Shown in pieces: positions 10,088-20,349 of a stretch of DNA of 64,000 nt. The DNA comes from Candidatus Eremiobacteria bacterium. Its GTDB lineage: Bacteria > Vulcanimicrobiota > Vulcanimicrobiia > Vulcanimicrobiales > Vulcanimicrobiaceae. The stretch spans positions 1-64,000 of the forward strand of contig CAVWUU010000006.1 of NCBI GenBank assembly GCA_963758295.1, in the 5' to 3' direction. Position 1 is the first letter of the stretch, and every line of letters starts with the position of its first letter. The translations under genes and the position numbers were made by a program. The notes below the pieces were generated by a model. That model made no database searches. It saw only the letters and a list, made by a program, of their open reading frames with translations, and was not told where the DNA came from.

Positions 10088-11323
10088 CTAACGAAGCTTC
10101 GCGATAAGTTCCGCACAAAGCCGGCGCGCTTCGGTCGCGTCGGCTTTGTCGCGCCGGACGAAGAGTTTGCGCCAATACGCTTTGCCGGAAAGCTTTTTGA
10201 TGAGGTCCGAAACGACGCGAGCGTCTACGACGCCGGCCGGCGTGCCCACCCACACGGTCTGTCGCTTGTCCTCAACTCCGAGCGGCAAGCGATGCAGCAC
10301 TTGCGACTGTTCGTCGGCCCAAACTGCGTCTTCGCCGTATCGCTCGCTCAATGCATCTTTGCAGGCTTCGTACGCTCGTAAATCGCTTTCCGCATTGAAC
10401 TCCGCAGCAAGGGCATAAATCCGAATCCGTTCGCGCAAGGCGCGCGCGGACTCGCTCTCCTTGTCGCGCAACTCGTTCAACACGCGGAAATCGTCCCAGC
10501 GCAAAAATTCATCGATCGGATCGAGCGCATGCGGATCGGGCCACAGTTCGTGAAGTACATCTTGCAGAATTCGCTCGAAAAGCCGGGTGGTGTGATGGAA
10601 GTACACCGACGCGAACATCATGTAGCGCGCGAGCACGAAAGACTCGAGCGCAACTACTCCCCGCGAATCAATGCCCAGCACGAACCGGCCGTCGCGCTCG
10701 AAGAGCCGCATCGAGCTCACCAGCTGGTCGGCGTCGTAGCGGCCGCTTAGGACGCCGGTGAAGTAGGCGTCGCGCTGCAAGTAATCCATGCGGTCCGCGT
10801 CGAGATTCGGCCCGCTCACCAGTTCTCGCAGAGCCGGATATCTACTCGACGCTTCTCCGAGGATCAATGCCACGACGTCGTCAGGGTCCACTTCGAGGCC
10901 GGTGACGGCGGCGCGCACGTCGTCCATTTGCAGCAATTCGCGCGTGCGCTCTTCGTGCCGCACGCCGAGAACCGCTTCGCAAGCATGACTGAACGGGCCG
11001 TGTCCGATGTCGTGTAGCAAGAGCGCGCAGCGCACCAGGCGCCGTTGGTATGCCAGGTCTTGAGCACCCTCGAAGCAGTCAGCTCCCGCTCGGGCGATCT
11101 CGTCGAAGGCGCGGGTCCCCATTGCAAGGGCGCCGATCGCATGCGTAAAGCGCGAATGCTCGGCCGAAGGGAACGCGAAGTATGCGAGACCCAACTGGCG
11201 CAGGCGGCGCAGGCGCTGCATGATGGGCAGGTCTAGCAGGCGCGCTTCGGCGTTGCTCAACTCAATGAAGTGGTGAACGGGATCGAAAACTCTCTTCACG
11301 CTTGCTCCGGTCTTCGGCGGCAC
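10088..11323 (-). CDS. HD-domain phosphohydrolase (SAMHD1/dNTP triphosphohydrolase-like)
   Basis: DPVH, QRLRRLRQLG, HSRFTH, LLHDIGHGPFSH, DADRMDYL-x-RD, R-x-x-MF-x-x-VYFH; start is GTG 11323 or 11299. Confidence 0.92.
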   Translation of the reverse strand: MPPKTGASVKRVFDPVHHFIELSNAEARLLDLPIMQRLRRLRQLGLAYFAFPSAEHSRFTHAIGALAMGTRAFDEIARAGADCFEGAQDLAYQRRLVRCALLLHDIGHGPFSHACEAVLGVRHEERTRELLQMDDVRAAVTGLEVDPDDVVALILGEASSRYPALRELVSGPNLDADRMDYLQRDAYFTGVLSGRYDADQLVSSMRLFERDGRFVLGIDSRGVVALESFVLARYMMFASVYFHHTTRLFERILQDVLHELWPDPHALDPIDEFLRWDDFRVLNELRDKESESARALRERIRIYALAAEFNAESDLRAYEACKDALSERYGEDAVWADEQSQVLHRLPLGVEDKRQTVWVGTPAGVVDARVVSDLIKKLSGKAYWRKLFVRRDKADATEARRLCAELIAKLR

Positions 11324-11364
11324 CGGATTTCCTCCGGCCCCGGCCGAACACTAGCCATAACCCC

Positions 11365-13152
11365 ATGGCGCGCTTCGATCAAGGAGTCATTCGAGAGGTT
11401 CACTCTCGAGTCGATATCGCGGCCTTCATCGGCCAATACGTTGCATTGAGGCAGCGTGGGCGCGATTTGGTCGGCCTCTGTCCCTTTCACGGTGAAAAAA
11501 CGCCGTCTTTTCACGTGCACCCGGATCAGGGGTATTTCAAATGCTTCGGATGCGGCGCGGCCGGCGACGTCATCGGTTTCGTGCAGAAGCTCGAAAACGT
11601 TCCGTTTCCCGAAGCGGTGCGGATGCTCGCCACTAAAGCCGGGATCGAGCTGGAGCCCGAGAATCCCGGAGCTGCTCGCGCGCGCAGTGAACGTGAAGCG
11701 ATCTACGAAGCAAATCATGTGGCGGCGCAATATTTCGCCCGAATGCTGAAAAGTGAAGCGGGCGCGGCCACCCGTGCCTACTGCGCGAAGCGCGGGTTCA
11801 GCGAATCGACCATCGAGAAGTTCACGATCGGTTACGCGCCCGACGGCTGGAGCGGTCTCAGCGATGAATTACGCCGCAACGGCATCGAATTGGAGATCGC
11901 CGCGAAAGCCGGCCTCGTCAAACGTGGTCAGAGCGGCAGCTACTATGATTTCTACCGCGACCGGCTGATGGTGCCGACATACGCGACGACCGGAGAAGCG
12001 ATCGCGTTCGGCGGACGGCTGCTGGGCGACGGCGAGCCCAAGTATCTCAACACGTCGACGACGCCCGTCTACACCAAAGGCGACCATCTCTTTGCTCTCA
12101 ACGTCGCTCGCCGGTCTACCCAGCAAGAACGCACGTTAATTGTAGTCGAGGGATACCTCGACTGCATTGCGCTCCACCAGGCGGGCTTCACCAATGCCGT
12201 CGCGGCGCTCGGCACCTCGTTTACCGAGAAGCAGGCGCTCGAGCTTAGAAAATACGCCGATCAAGTGTATCTCTGTTTCGACGGGGATTCCGCGGGCGCG
12301 AGCGCCGCAACCAAAGCGGTCGAAGTAGCGTCTAAGGTCATAGAGCATACGGGTTCGAGCGTTCGCATCGTCGTGCTTCCGGAGGGTGAAGATCCGGACA
12401 GCTTCGTCGGCCGCCACGGTCACGAAGGCTTTAGGAAGCTGCTGGAAACGGCTAAACCCTCGATAGAGTTTAAGCTCGATCCCGAAATCGATCGCCTTCA
12501 CGGTGGATTTGAATCGCCTTCAGCGATTGCGCGAAAAGCCGAAACATTAATTAGAGAACTGACGCCGCGCGAAGAATGGGATCGCTGGCGCGTCTACGTA
12601 GCCGGCCGTCTAAAGGTGAATGTTGACGACCTTCGGAATAGCCGGTTCCTCGCCAACAGTGCCAATTTCGCACCACGTCAAGACGCGGGTCGAAGCAGGC
12701 ATGTGGCGCGTCTCGAACCGCTCTCGTTCGAACGCGAGGTCTTGAGTATCTTTCTCGAAGACCCCACGCTCGCGAGCGAGTACGGCGAACGGATTGCTCC
12801 GCGCCGCTTCCGGAATGAAGTGTACCGCCGGACGTTCGAGCGCATCGTGCAAAACGCCGAAGGCTTGCGCGATACGGCCGACGTCTTTGCGTTGTGCGCG
12901 GGGGACGATAGCGAGTCGGCGGCGCTCACCGCACTCGGAACGCGCGATCGCAGTTCGATCGTCCGCTACGAGGACCGCCAGGATCGCCGTGCGCATCTGG
13001 AGCGCATCGTCGAACGGTTGGAACTGGAGGATGAGCGGGAACGCTACCAGCACCTTTCGCACGAGATAGACGAGCTCTTTTCAGAAGGCCGGCCGGTTTC
13101 TGAAGAGATGCGCCACGAATTTGACCGGCTAGCAACGAAGCTAAAGAAGTAA
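11365..13152 (+). CDS. dnaG: DNA primase
   Basis: CPFH...CFGC zinc finger, FGGR, PKYLN, TOPRIM VVEGYLD and FDGD-x-AG. Confidence 0.97.
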   Translation: MARFDQGVIREVHSRVDIAAFIGQYVALRQRGRDLVGLCPFHGEKTPSFHVHPDQGYFKCFGCGAAGDVIGFVQKLENVPFPEAVRMLATKAGIELEPENPGAARARSEREAIYEANHVAAQYFARMLKSEAGAATRAYCAKRGFSESTIEKFTIGYAPDGWSGLSDELRRNGIELEIAAKAGLVKRGQSGSYYDFYRDRLMVPTYATTGEAIAFGGRLLGDGEPKYLNTSTTPVYTKGDHLFALNVARRSTQQERTLIVVEGYLDCIALHQAGFTNAVAALGTSFTEKQALELRKYADQVYLCFDGDSAGASAATKAVEVASKVIEHTGSSVRIVVLPEGEDPDSFVGRHGHEGFRKLLETAKPSIEFKLDPEIDRLHGGFESPSAIARKAETLIRELTPREEWDRWRVYVAGRLKVNVDDLRNSRFLANSANFAPRQDAGRSRHVARLEPLSFEREVLSIFLEDPTLASEYGERIAPRRFRNEVYRRTFERIVQNAEGLRDTADVFALCAGDDSESAALTALGTRDRSSIVRYEDRQDRRAHLERIVERLELEDERERYQHLSHEIDELFSEGRPVSEEMRHEFDRLATKLKK

Positions 13153-13269
13153 ACCGAAATTAACGAGTCTAATGTAACGCAACGCTCCGCAGCCGAAGTC
13201 GACGGCGAAGGCGGGCAACGCTCCGGAAAAGCCGGCGCGAAATTGGAAAAGAAGGGGGTGACGTCGAAA

Positions 13270-14439
13270 ATGGCACGCAAGAAATCCGCCGGCGCAGTGG
13301 CCGAGCAGCAGCCCACGCTGACGCTGGATGAACTCAAAAAGAAACTTATCGCGCGCGGCAAGCAGCGCGGATCTTTGACGTACGAAGAAATCAACACGGC
13401 GTTCGATGCCCTTGACGACGTCAACCCCGACGAGATCGACGGCCTCTTCGAAGAGATCACCGCCAACGGTATCGAGATCGTAGACGAGACCAAAGAAGAA
13501 AAGCCCGAGGGCGAAGCCGCCGAAGAGCAGGAAGAACCCATCCCCGACGGGCTCTCGCTCGACGACCCGGTTCGCATGTATCTCAAAGAGATCGGCCGCG
13601 TTCCGCTGCTCTCGATGGAACAAGAGAAGTCGCTCGCGATGCGCATTGAAGCCGGTGAGCTGGAACTCAGCAAGAACGGCACCGCCGATGCGTCGATCGT
13701 TACTTCCGGTGAAGAAGCGAAACGCCAGCTGACCGAAGCCAACCTTCGTCTCGTCGTTTCGATTGCGAAAAAATATGTCGGCCGCGGCATGCTCTTCCTG
13801 GACCTGATCCAGGAAGGCAATCTCGGCTTGATCCGTGCCGTCGAAAAATTCGACTATCGCAAAGGCTATAAATTCTCCACGTACGCTACGTGGTGGATCC
13901 GCCAGGCGATCACACGAGCGCTCGCCGATCAGGCGCGCACCATTCGCATCCCGGTGCACATGGTCGAGACGATCAATCGTCTGATCAAGATTTCACGCCA
14001 ATTGCTTCAAGAGCTCGGACGTGAACCCAGCGTCGAAGAGATTGCCGAAGCGATGGCGCTCACGCCTGAAAAGGTTCGCGAAGTCATGAAGATTTCGCAG
14101 GAACCGATCTCGCTTGAAACGCCGATCGGCGAGGAAGAAGATTCGCACCTCGGCGACTTCATCGAAGATCAGGAAGCGGTCGCGCCCGCGGAAGCGGCCT
14201 CCGTGATGCTCCTCAAAGAGAAGATGCAGGACGTACTGCAAAATCTCACCGAGCGCGAGCGCAAAGTGCTCGTGCTGCGTTTCGGCCTGGAAGACGGCCA
14301 CCAGCGTACCTTGGAAGAAGTCGGCCAGGAGTTCGGCGTTACGCGCGAACGCATCCGGCAAATCGAGGCAAAAGCGCTGAGAAAGCTGCGGCATCCAAGC
14401 CGCGGTAAGGCGCTGAAGGACTACTGGTCCAACGAATAA
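13270..14439 (+). CDS. rpoD: Primary sigma factor RpoD/SigA
   Basis: [71 protein letters not shown]. Confidence 0.98.
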   Translation: MARKKSAGAVAEQQPTLTLDELKKKLIARGKQRGSLTYEEINTAFDALDDVNPDEIDGLFEEITANGIEIVDETKEEKPEGEAAEEQEEPIPDGLSLDDPVRMYLKEIGRVPLLSMEQEKSLAMRIEAGELELSKNGTADASIVTSGEEAKRQLTEANLRLVVSIAKKYVGRGMLFLDLIQEGNLGLIRAVEKFDYRKGYKFSTYATWWIRQAITRALADQARTIRIPVHMVETINRLIKISRQLLQELGREPSVEEIAEAMALTPEKVREVMKISQEPISLETPIGEEEDSHLGDFIEDQEAVAPAEAASVMLLKEKMQDVLQNLTERERKVLVLRFGLEDGHQRTLEEVGQEFGVTRERIRQIEAKALRKLRHPSRGKALKDYWSNE

Positions 14440-14496
14440 AGTCGAGAACCTCGCCGGGAGCGGTAACAAACCGCCCCGGCGAAGTGTTTCCTTGGC

Positions 14497-15177
14497 ATGG
14501 TCCTGACGAACTTAGCATTAAGCGCCCTTCTTGGCGTAATCGTTCCGCCCGCGGGGGCTACGCCCGCCGCATCGCCGGCGGCGTCATCCGCGCCGGTGCT
14601 CAAGACGATCGTTACGGTGAAGTCCTCCCCGTACTGCAACGCTCTCGCACAGCACTTCAATAACGCGTTCGTTCCAATGGTCGGCAACGACCGGATGCTC
14701 GACGGCGTCAATACGAATTTGCTTGACATCAACGACGCGTTCTCACATCCGGACTATCTGCACCGGCTGCTGAAGGCGCGCGACCAGATCGCCCGTTACG
14801 ATAACCAGCTGCTGACCTCGCTGCCGCCCATCCAGGACCAAATCAATCAACTGCGTGCGGCCGAAAAAATGACGGAAGACACGAAAGCCGCCTCACAGGC
14901 GCACGACGCGGCCGAGCAGTTGCAAACCGCGTACGTAAAGCAAAAGCAGCTCGCGATCGATCTCCAGGGGCTCGTGCAGTCTATGATGTCGGACCGGATT
15001 TTCTACGAAGATCATCCGCTGAACGGCACCACGCCCGACACCAACAGCATTCCGAGCGACATGCGGGACATCAAGGTCTACTTACGCTTCGACGGCCAAC
15101 GCGACGTTATCAGCCGCGCCGAAGAAAAAGCCGTCGACATCGCTTACGACGCAGCCACGACCCAATGTGCGAAATGA
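14497..15177 (+). CDS. Hypothetical secreted alpha-helical protein
   Basis: Hydrophobic N-terminus, Pro/Ala linker, helical body, two Cys; normal codon usage. Confidence 0.65.
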   Translation: MVLTNLALSALLGVIVPPAGATPAASPAASSAPVLKTIVTVKSSPYCNALAQHFNNAFVPMVGNDRMLDGVNTNLLDINDAFSHPDYLHRLLKARDQIARYDNQLLTSLPPIQDQINQLRAAEKMTEDTKAASQAHDAAEQLQTAYVKQKQLAIDLQGLVQSMMSDRIFYEDHPLNGTTPDTNSIPSDMRDIKVYLRFDGQRDVISRAEEKAVDIAYDAATTQCAK

Positions 15178-15257
15178 CCGCGCGACGACGTAGCCATCAG
15201 CGCGGTCATGGTGAGCCTGCTCGTTCTTCTCGCCGCCTCGTGCGGCAATGAGGATGA

Positions 15258-15932
15258 TTAGTCGTTGCCGGTTTCGGCGGCGGCGCTGGGTTTGACGAGA
15301 GGATTCATTTCGGCGAAAGCGCCGTTGGGGTTGTCCTTCGTCCAAACTTCCAAATCCCAAATCGCCGGAAATAAGAAGACGTGTTTTACGGTACTCGCGT
15401 CTTTGACTACACCCATTTTGACGAGCGTTTCGGCTTTAGGGGCGTTGATGTTGCCGCCGGCGGCGGTGAACTTAGCGACGCTTGTGGCGCCGTACGTTTC
15501 TTTGCCCGAAGCGTCGGTTAGCACGTAGTGCACGTGCGGACGGAACGTCGACCAACGTGAGGGGAAAACGCCCCACAGTTTCGGAGCGGTATCCGTGGCG
15601 CTCTTTCGCGGTTCGGAGAAGTCCGCGCCGAGCAGATTGCCTTTCACATCGTACCAAAGCTGGCTTGGATGCTGCTCGTCGGCGCTTGTCCACACAAGGT
15701 TCGCGTAACTGATCGAACCCGTTTTATCTTCGTTCGTGTACCGGAAGTAGCCGGCTTTCTCCGCGTCGGCCGGCGTTGCAAAGCGCGCGTTCAAATCTTT
15801 TTGAATTCCGGAAACGAACGCAACCTCGGAACCTTGCGGCTTCGAAGAGGACGGCGTCGTTGGATCCGCGAGCGTAAGGCTCGTCGTTAATAGCGCAGCA
15901 GCGCCCAGCGTAATGAGGAAACGGGGCAGCAT
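15258..15932 (-). CDS. Hypothetical secreted protein
   Basis: Signal peptide; HVHY and C-terminal NPNGAFAEMNP motifs; SD AGGA. Confidence 0.7.
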   Translation of the reverse strand: MLPRFLITLGAAALLTTSLTLADPTTPSSSKPQGSEVAFVSGIQKDLNARFATPADAEKAGYFRYTNEDKTGSISYANLVWTSADEQHPSQLWYDVKGNLLGADFSEPRKSATDTAPKLWGVFPSRWSTFRPHVHYVLTDASGKETYGATSVAKFTAAGGNINAPKAETLVKMGVVKDASTVKHVFLFPAIWDLEVWTKDNPNGAFAEMNPLVKPSAAAETGND

Positions 15933-15959
15933 CTCGTTCGTCCTCGCTTTCTATGCCGG

Positions 15960-16778
15960 CTATTGCGCCGGCGACGGACTCGCGACGGGAGTTGGTGTCG
16001 GAGTCGGTTTCGGCGTGTGATGGGGCATGAACGTCGGCGCAGGCGTTGCAAACGGCATTGCGCTGAAGGACGTGTGGGGCGCTTCTCCGCCGGCGATAAT
16101 CGGTTGCGGGGTCGTAATGGCTACCGCACCGTTGGGGGTTAGGCTTATCGTCGCTTGCGTGCGCGCGCGAATTTCCGAACCGGCGCCAAGCTGAAAATTT
16201 CGGCCCTTTCGAAACGCGTGGTATAGGAAGTGATACGGAATGATGACGTCTTCGATCGTGTCTTCTACGCCCACCGTTGACTCGTGACCGGCGGTGAGAT
16301 TGACGGTGAGGTGTGCCGTGGGAGCCCGTAAGGGAATTTCCCGGCCGTCCGGTACGCGGATCGGCATGAAATAAATATCCACGAAGCCATAGACATCCCC
16401 CATTTGCGCGGGCTCCGCATCGAGCACTTTGATTTCGACCGGCGTGCCCGCGGGTGCAACGGTTTTTCCGTCGATCTTTAGCGGGTCTTTGAGATGGGCG
16501 CGCACGGTGTCGTTCTTGCGCGAAGCGGAAGACGAAATGGCGTCATCCAGCACAAAGAGGAGGCTCGAATCGATCGGTAAGGTGTGCGGCGGTACGAGCG
16601 GCGCCGGAGTGGCATTGCGCGGCCCGGACGGTGCCGGAGTTCTCACCGGAACCGCAAGAGCGCGCGGCGCACCGCAAGGGAAAAATGCGGCGAGCGCAGC
16701 GCTCGCCGCAAGGACATACGCGAGTTTAGCTGGCGCGCTTTTCAGCGTCCGGATTTTGGGCTGCAGCCGCTGCGGCAC
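15960..16778 (-). CDS. Secreted protein with a TrbI/VirB10-like beta domain and Pro/Thr tail
   Basis: Signal peptide ending RALA; L-x-D-x-ISS...V-x-A-x-L-x-x-P...PAGT-x-V pattern; GTG 16778 preceded by GAGGAAGG; start uncertain. Confidence 0.55.
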   Translation of the reverse strand: MPQRLQPKIRTLKSAPAKLAYVLAASAALAAFFPCGAPRALAVPVRTPAPSGPRNATPAPLVPPHTLPIDSSLLFVLDDAISSSASRKNDTVRAHLKDPLKIDGKTVAPAGTPVEIKVLDAEPAQMGDVYGFVDIYFMPIRVPDGREIPLRAPTAHLTVNLTAGHESTVGVEDTIEDVIIPYHFLYHAFRKGRNFQLGAGSEIRARTQATISLTPNGAVAITTPQPIIAGGEAPHTSFSAMPFATPAPTFMPHHTPKPTPTPTPVASPSPAQ

Positions 16779-17073
16779 GCTTGCCTTCCTCAATGAGTTG
16801 TTTGACTTTCTGGCCACCTTTTTGTCCGATTTTCTCGTAGAAGTCGGGTCCGTAGCGATCGCGTGTTGCCTCGCCACCTTTCTTTCCACCCTTCTTACCG
16901 ATTTGCTCGTAGAATTCGTGACCGTGAGCCTCTTTCGTGGCCAATCCGCCTTTGCGGCCGATTTGCTCGTAAAACTCGGGACCGTACTTTTTCTTGACTG
17001 TTTCGCCGCCTTTTTGGCCGGCTTCGCGAACGGACATGCCGCTCGGTTTCTTCGGGGTCTCTGGGGTTGCCAT
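16726..17073 (-). CDS. KGG-repeat general stress protein (GsiB/Em, group 1 LEA-like)
   Basis: MSVREAGQKGG followed by three G-x-[ED]FYE-x-IG-x-KGG repeats. Confidence 0.9.
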   Translation of the reverse strand: MATPETPKKPSGMSVREAGQKGGETVKKKYGPEFYEQIGRKGGLATKEAHGHEFYEQIGKKGGKKGGEATRDRYGPDFYEKIGQKGGQKVKQLIEEGKRAAAAAAQNPDAEKRAS

Positions 17074-17164
17074 CTGTTTTGTTCTACCTTTTCGCGCCGT
17101 GTAGGAAGGACGGCGATTGTTCTACATATATTAGAACGCAAGTTCGGGCCAATTGGTTGGGGGT

Positions 17165-18643
17165 ATGGTGAAGTTGACGGTTTCTTTCCTAAATCGAGCG
17201 TTCGTATGTGCGGTCGCTTGTTTGGTGCTCGGCACGGCGCTGGTGACGATCCCCGTCCGGGTCCTTCAGTTGGAGTCCGGCAGGTCGCTGGGCGACGGCG
17301 CGCTGGCTACGGCGTTACATTCGAAAGACGAAAGCATCGCCGCACGAGCCGCATTGGCTATCGGGCGCACAAAACGGCCGGCCGGCGTACCGCTCCTGCG
17401 AGCGCATCTCACCGACGGGCGGGACGCCGTCCGTGCGATGAGCATATACGGCCTGGGTGTGATTGCGCTGGGAACCGACCCGGCGGTTATCGCTCGGGCC
17501 GCTAGGAGCGACCGCTCCGGAGCCGTTCGCGTCGCAGCGCTGGATGCGCTTGGCCGTTATGAGGCCGCGGGCCGCCTAAATACGGCGGAACGGCAAACGG
17601 AAACCGTCACCGCGGCAGTTCTGGCGAATGATACCGATCCGATCGTTCGCGGACGGGCCGCCATTACGCTGAGCTTCTTTGCAGCGGGCCCTTCCGGACA
17701 CGACGCTGCCGGTGCGTTGGTGCGTTCGATGGCCGTGGAGCGGGAAGACTCGGTTCGCGAACGCGCGATGTGGTCGATTTTTCGCCGGTACGCCACCGCC
17801 GTGCCGCGCAGCGTACTTGACGCCGGACTTCGCGATAAGGACGAAGTCGTGCGAATCGAAGCGGTGCGAGCCTATGGACATCTCAAAGATGCGGCCGCGG
17901 CCGAAGCCGTCCGTCCGTTGCTGGACGATCCGTCGTGGCGGGTGCAAGAACAGGCGCAAGAATCGCTGTTGGCGCTGGCCGGAAAAGATCTCACGCAGCA
18001 TTTCACCGCGATTCCTACAACCGTTCACACCCCCGCGCCCGAGCCCGACCGGCTCGCCTCACTGCCGGCAATCAACGTTGCACCGAGTGCGAAGCCCGCG
18101 GCGCCTTCGCCTGAAGAAGCCATTCTCGATCCCCAGATCGATCCGCACACGGCCGCGGCAATGACCGGCCCGGCGCCCGGCCCGCATCCTCGCGTCCGAG
18201 TCGTAACAACGAAGGGCAATTTCTACGTGGTGCTCTATCCCGAATGGGCGCCGCTCACGACGCTGAACTTTCTAAACCTTGCGCGCAACGGATTTTTCTC
18301 GAACAATCGGTGGTTCCGGATCGTCCCGGATTTCGTCGTTCAAACCGGCGAACAGGACGACGTAAACGATCCCGGACCCGGCTACACGATCGGCGCCGAA
18401 GAGAACCCGATCGAACAAAGCAGTTACGTGGTTTCGATGGGTTTGAATTACGATCCGAAGACTAACACGCCCATTCGCGATTCCGCCGGTTCCGAGTACT
18501 ACGTGACGCTTTCACCGCAATACCATCTGAATAACGATTTCACCGTCTTCGGTACCGTGACGAGCGGAATCGACGTGCTCGGACGTCTCGTTGAATCGGA
18601 CAAAGTCGTACGCATCGAACGGATCGCCGATGTCACGCTGTAA
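17165..18643 (+). CDS. HEAT-repeat protein with C-terminal cyclophilin-type PPIase domain
   Basis: HEAT repeats (VR-x-x-A-x-x-ALG); WAPLTTLNF, FRIVPDFVVQTG, GPGYTI, FTVFG; start approximate. Confidence 0.88.
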   Translation: MVKLTVSFLNRAFVCAVACLVLGTALVTIPVRVLQLESGRSLGDGALATALHSKDESIAARAALAIGRTKRPAGVPLLRAHLTDGRDAVRAMSIYGLGVIALGTDPAVIARAARSDRSGAVRVAALDALGRYEAAGRLNTAERQTETVTAAVLANDTDPIVRGRAAITLSFFAAGPSGHDAAGALVRSMAVEREDSVRERAMWSIFRRYATAVPRSVLDAGLRDKDEVVRIEAVRAYGHLKDAAAAEAVRPLLDDPSWRVQEQAQESLLALAGKDLTQHFTAIPTTVHTPAPEPDRLASLPAINVAPSAKPAAPSPEEAILDPQIDPHTAAAMTGPAPGPHPRVRVVTTKGNFYVVLYPEWAPLTTLNFLNLARNGFFSNNRWFRIVPDFVVQTGEQDDVNDPGPGYTIGAEENPIEQSSYVVSMGLNYDPKTNTPIRDSAGSEYYVTLSPQYHLNNDFTVFGTVTSGIDVLGRLVESDKVVRIERIADVTL

Positions 18644-18998
18644 GTTTGCAGCACTTGCGTTAGCCGCCGCAATGCTTGCCGGATGCGGATCGCACGTTCG
18701 TGCAACCGCGTCCACCTGCACCGTGCACGGCGCGAACCTGGCGGTCGACGTTCGCAACTCGGCTGATACGCCGCTCGTTCACGCGCAGATCGTCGCCGAA
18801 TTCTATCGAAACTATAAGTTCGTCCGAAGCGTCGGCAGTGCGACGTTTGCGCCGGTGCTCGACCCCGGCGCCACGCGCGTCATGAAGATCCCGCTCGAAG
18901 TTGCAGAGACGGAGGGCAGCGTGCCGATGCGATGCTATATCACGCGCGCCGTGTACGGCGACGATTCGGTTGAAGGCGAACCGGTGAGCGGATCTTAG
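18630..18998 (+). CDS. Small lipoprotein
   Basis: Lipobox MLAGC; overlaps the upstream stop. Confidence 0.65.
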   Translation: MSRCKFAALALAAAMLAGCGSHVRATASTCTVHGANLAVDVRNSADTPLVHAQIVAEFYRNYKFVRSVGSATFAPVLDPGATRVMKIPLEVAETEGSVPMRCYITRAVYGDDSVEGEPVSGS

Positions 18999-19444
18999 AA
19001 GCTGCGTTTGGAGTCGACGAGGATCGTTACCGGCCCCTGATTGATCAGCTCCACGTCCATATCCGCGCCGAATTCTCCGTAAGCGACGCAAGCGCCGAGC
19101 GCCGCGATTTCGCGGCCGACCAGCTCGTATAACGGCTGCGCCGCATCTTCCCGGGCAGCGGTTATAAAAGAGGGGCGCCGCCCTTTGCGAACGTCGCCGT
19201 GCAATGTAAACTGCGAAACGAGCAGCACGCCGCCACCGACCTCGAGCAACGAGCGGTTCATCAGTCCGGCGTCGTCGCGGAAGATACGCAAGTTCGCAAC
19301 CTTCTCGGCCATGTAGTGCGCATCGCGCTCATCGTCGTCTAAACCGACGCCGACAAGCACCAGGAATCCAAGGCCGATTTCACCGGTAGTGCGCCCGTCA
19401 ACACGGACCGCTGCGCGCGACACGCGTTGAACGACGGCGCGCAC
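18995..19444 (-). CDS. dtd: D-aminoacyl-tRNA deacylase
   Basis: MRAVVQRV, LRIF-x-D, VSQFTL, KGRRPSF, N-x-GPVT. Confidence 0.97.
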   Translation of the reverse strand: MRAVVQRVSRAAVRVDGRTTGEIGLGFLVLVGVGLDDDERDAHYMAEKVANLRIFRDDAGLMNRSLLEVGGGVLLVSQFTLHGDVRKGRRPSFITAAREDAAQPLYELVGREIAALGACVAYGEFGADMDVELINQGPVTILVDSKRSF

Positions 19445-19447
19445 CGG

Positions 19448-20341
19448 CTACTTCGAGAACATGGAGCTGAGCGCGAAGAACGCGTTCTCGCGACGCTCCA
19501 TCACGCGGCGATAGAAATATCCCGCCCAATGGGTGCCGAAGGGAATGTACACGCGCATGCGATAGCCGTCGGCGACGAGTTCGCGCTGCAGCTGCGGGCG
19601 GCATCCGTACAACATCTGAAACTCGAACTTGTCGTGTCCGACGCCGCTTTGGGCGATCGCTGCACGCAGCGAGTCAACCAACTCGCGATCGTGGGTTGCA
19701 AGGCCCGGATAGTTTCCACGCGTCAACAATTCCTTAGCGAGCGCCAAGTAGTTGTCGCGGATCTCCGGCATCTCTTTATACGCGATCTCCGGCGGCTCGT
19801 TGTACGCGCCTTTGCAGAGGCGAACGCGCGCGCCGAGTTCGATTGCGCGTTCTACATCGTTCTTGGTTCGCTTCAGGTAGGCTTGAAGCACGATGCCGAC
19901 GTTCTTGTACTTTTCGAAGGCGCGCTCGAAGACTCGCAGCGTTGCATCGACGACGGCAGAGCCTTCCATGTCGATGCGAACGAAAGGATCGGAATTGCGC
20001 TTCGCTTGCTCGAGAATCATCGTGAGATTTTCGAGCGCGAAATCCTCGCTGACCAAGAGGCCCATTGCCGTAAGCTTTACGGAAACGTTCGTGTTGACGC
20101 CGGTCGTACGAATCGCATCGAGCATTTGGATGTAGGCATCGCGCGTTTTGATCGCCGCTTCTTTTTCGAAGACGTCTTCACCAAGAAAATCGAGCGTTGC
20201 CGACATGCCGCCGGCGTTGAGCTCGCGTACGGCGTGAATCGCCGAATCGATGGTCTCGCCTGCGACGAAGCGCTTGGCGAGGAAGAAAAAATTTTTTTGG
20301 AACGTGGAGTCGGGTGCGAGGATTCGGTCAATTAAAGCCAT
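19448..20341 (-). CDS. Monofunctional proline dehydrogenase
   Basis: RFVAGET, D-x-LGE, SVKLT, RIDME, LQAYL-x-R, RLCKGAY, ATHD, EFQMLYG, YFYRR-x-x-ER. Confidence 0.95.
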   Translation of the reverse strand: MALIDRILAPDSTFQKNFFFLAKRFVAGETIDSAIHAVRELNAGGMSATLDFLGEDVFEKEAAIKTRDAYIQMLDAIRTTGVNTNVSVKLTAMGLLVSEDFALENLTMILEQAKRNSDPFVRIDMEGSAVVDATLRVFERAFEKYKNVGIVLQAYLKRTKNDVERAIELGARVRLCKGAYNEPPEIAYKEMPEIRDNYLALAKELLTRGNYPGLATHDRELVDSLRAAIAQSGVGHDKFEFQMLYGCRPQLQRELVADGYRMRVYIPFGTHWAGYFYRRVMERRENAFFALSSMFSK

Positions 20342-20349
20342 TTCAAACC

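Noticed and set aside
16800..17040. ~60-nt periodic repeats as a CRISPR array or non-coding tandem repeat
   Set aside because: They are the coding KGG repeats of the stress protein; no repeat-spacer structure and no cas genes.
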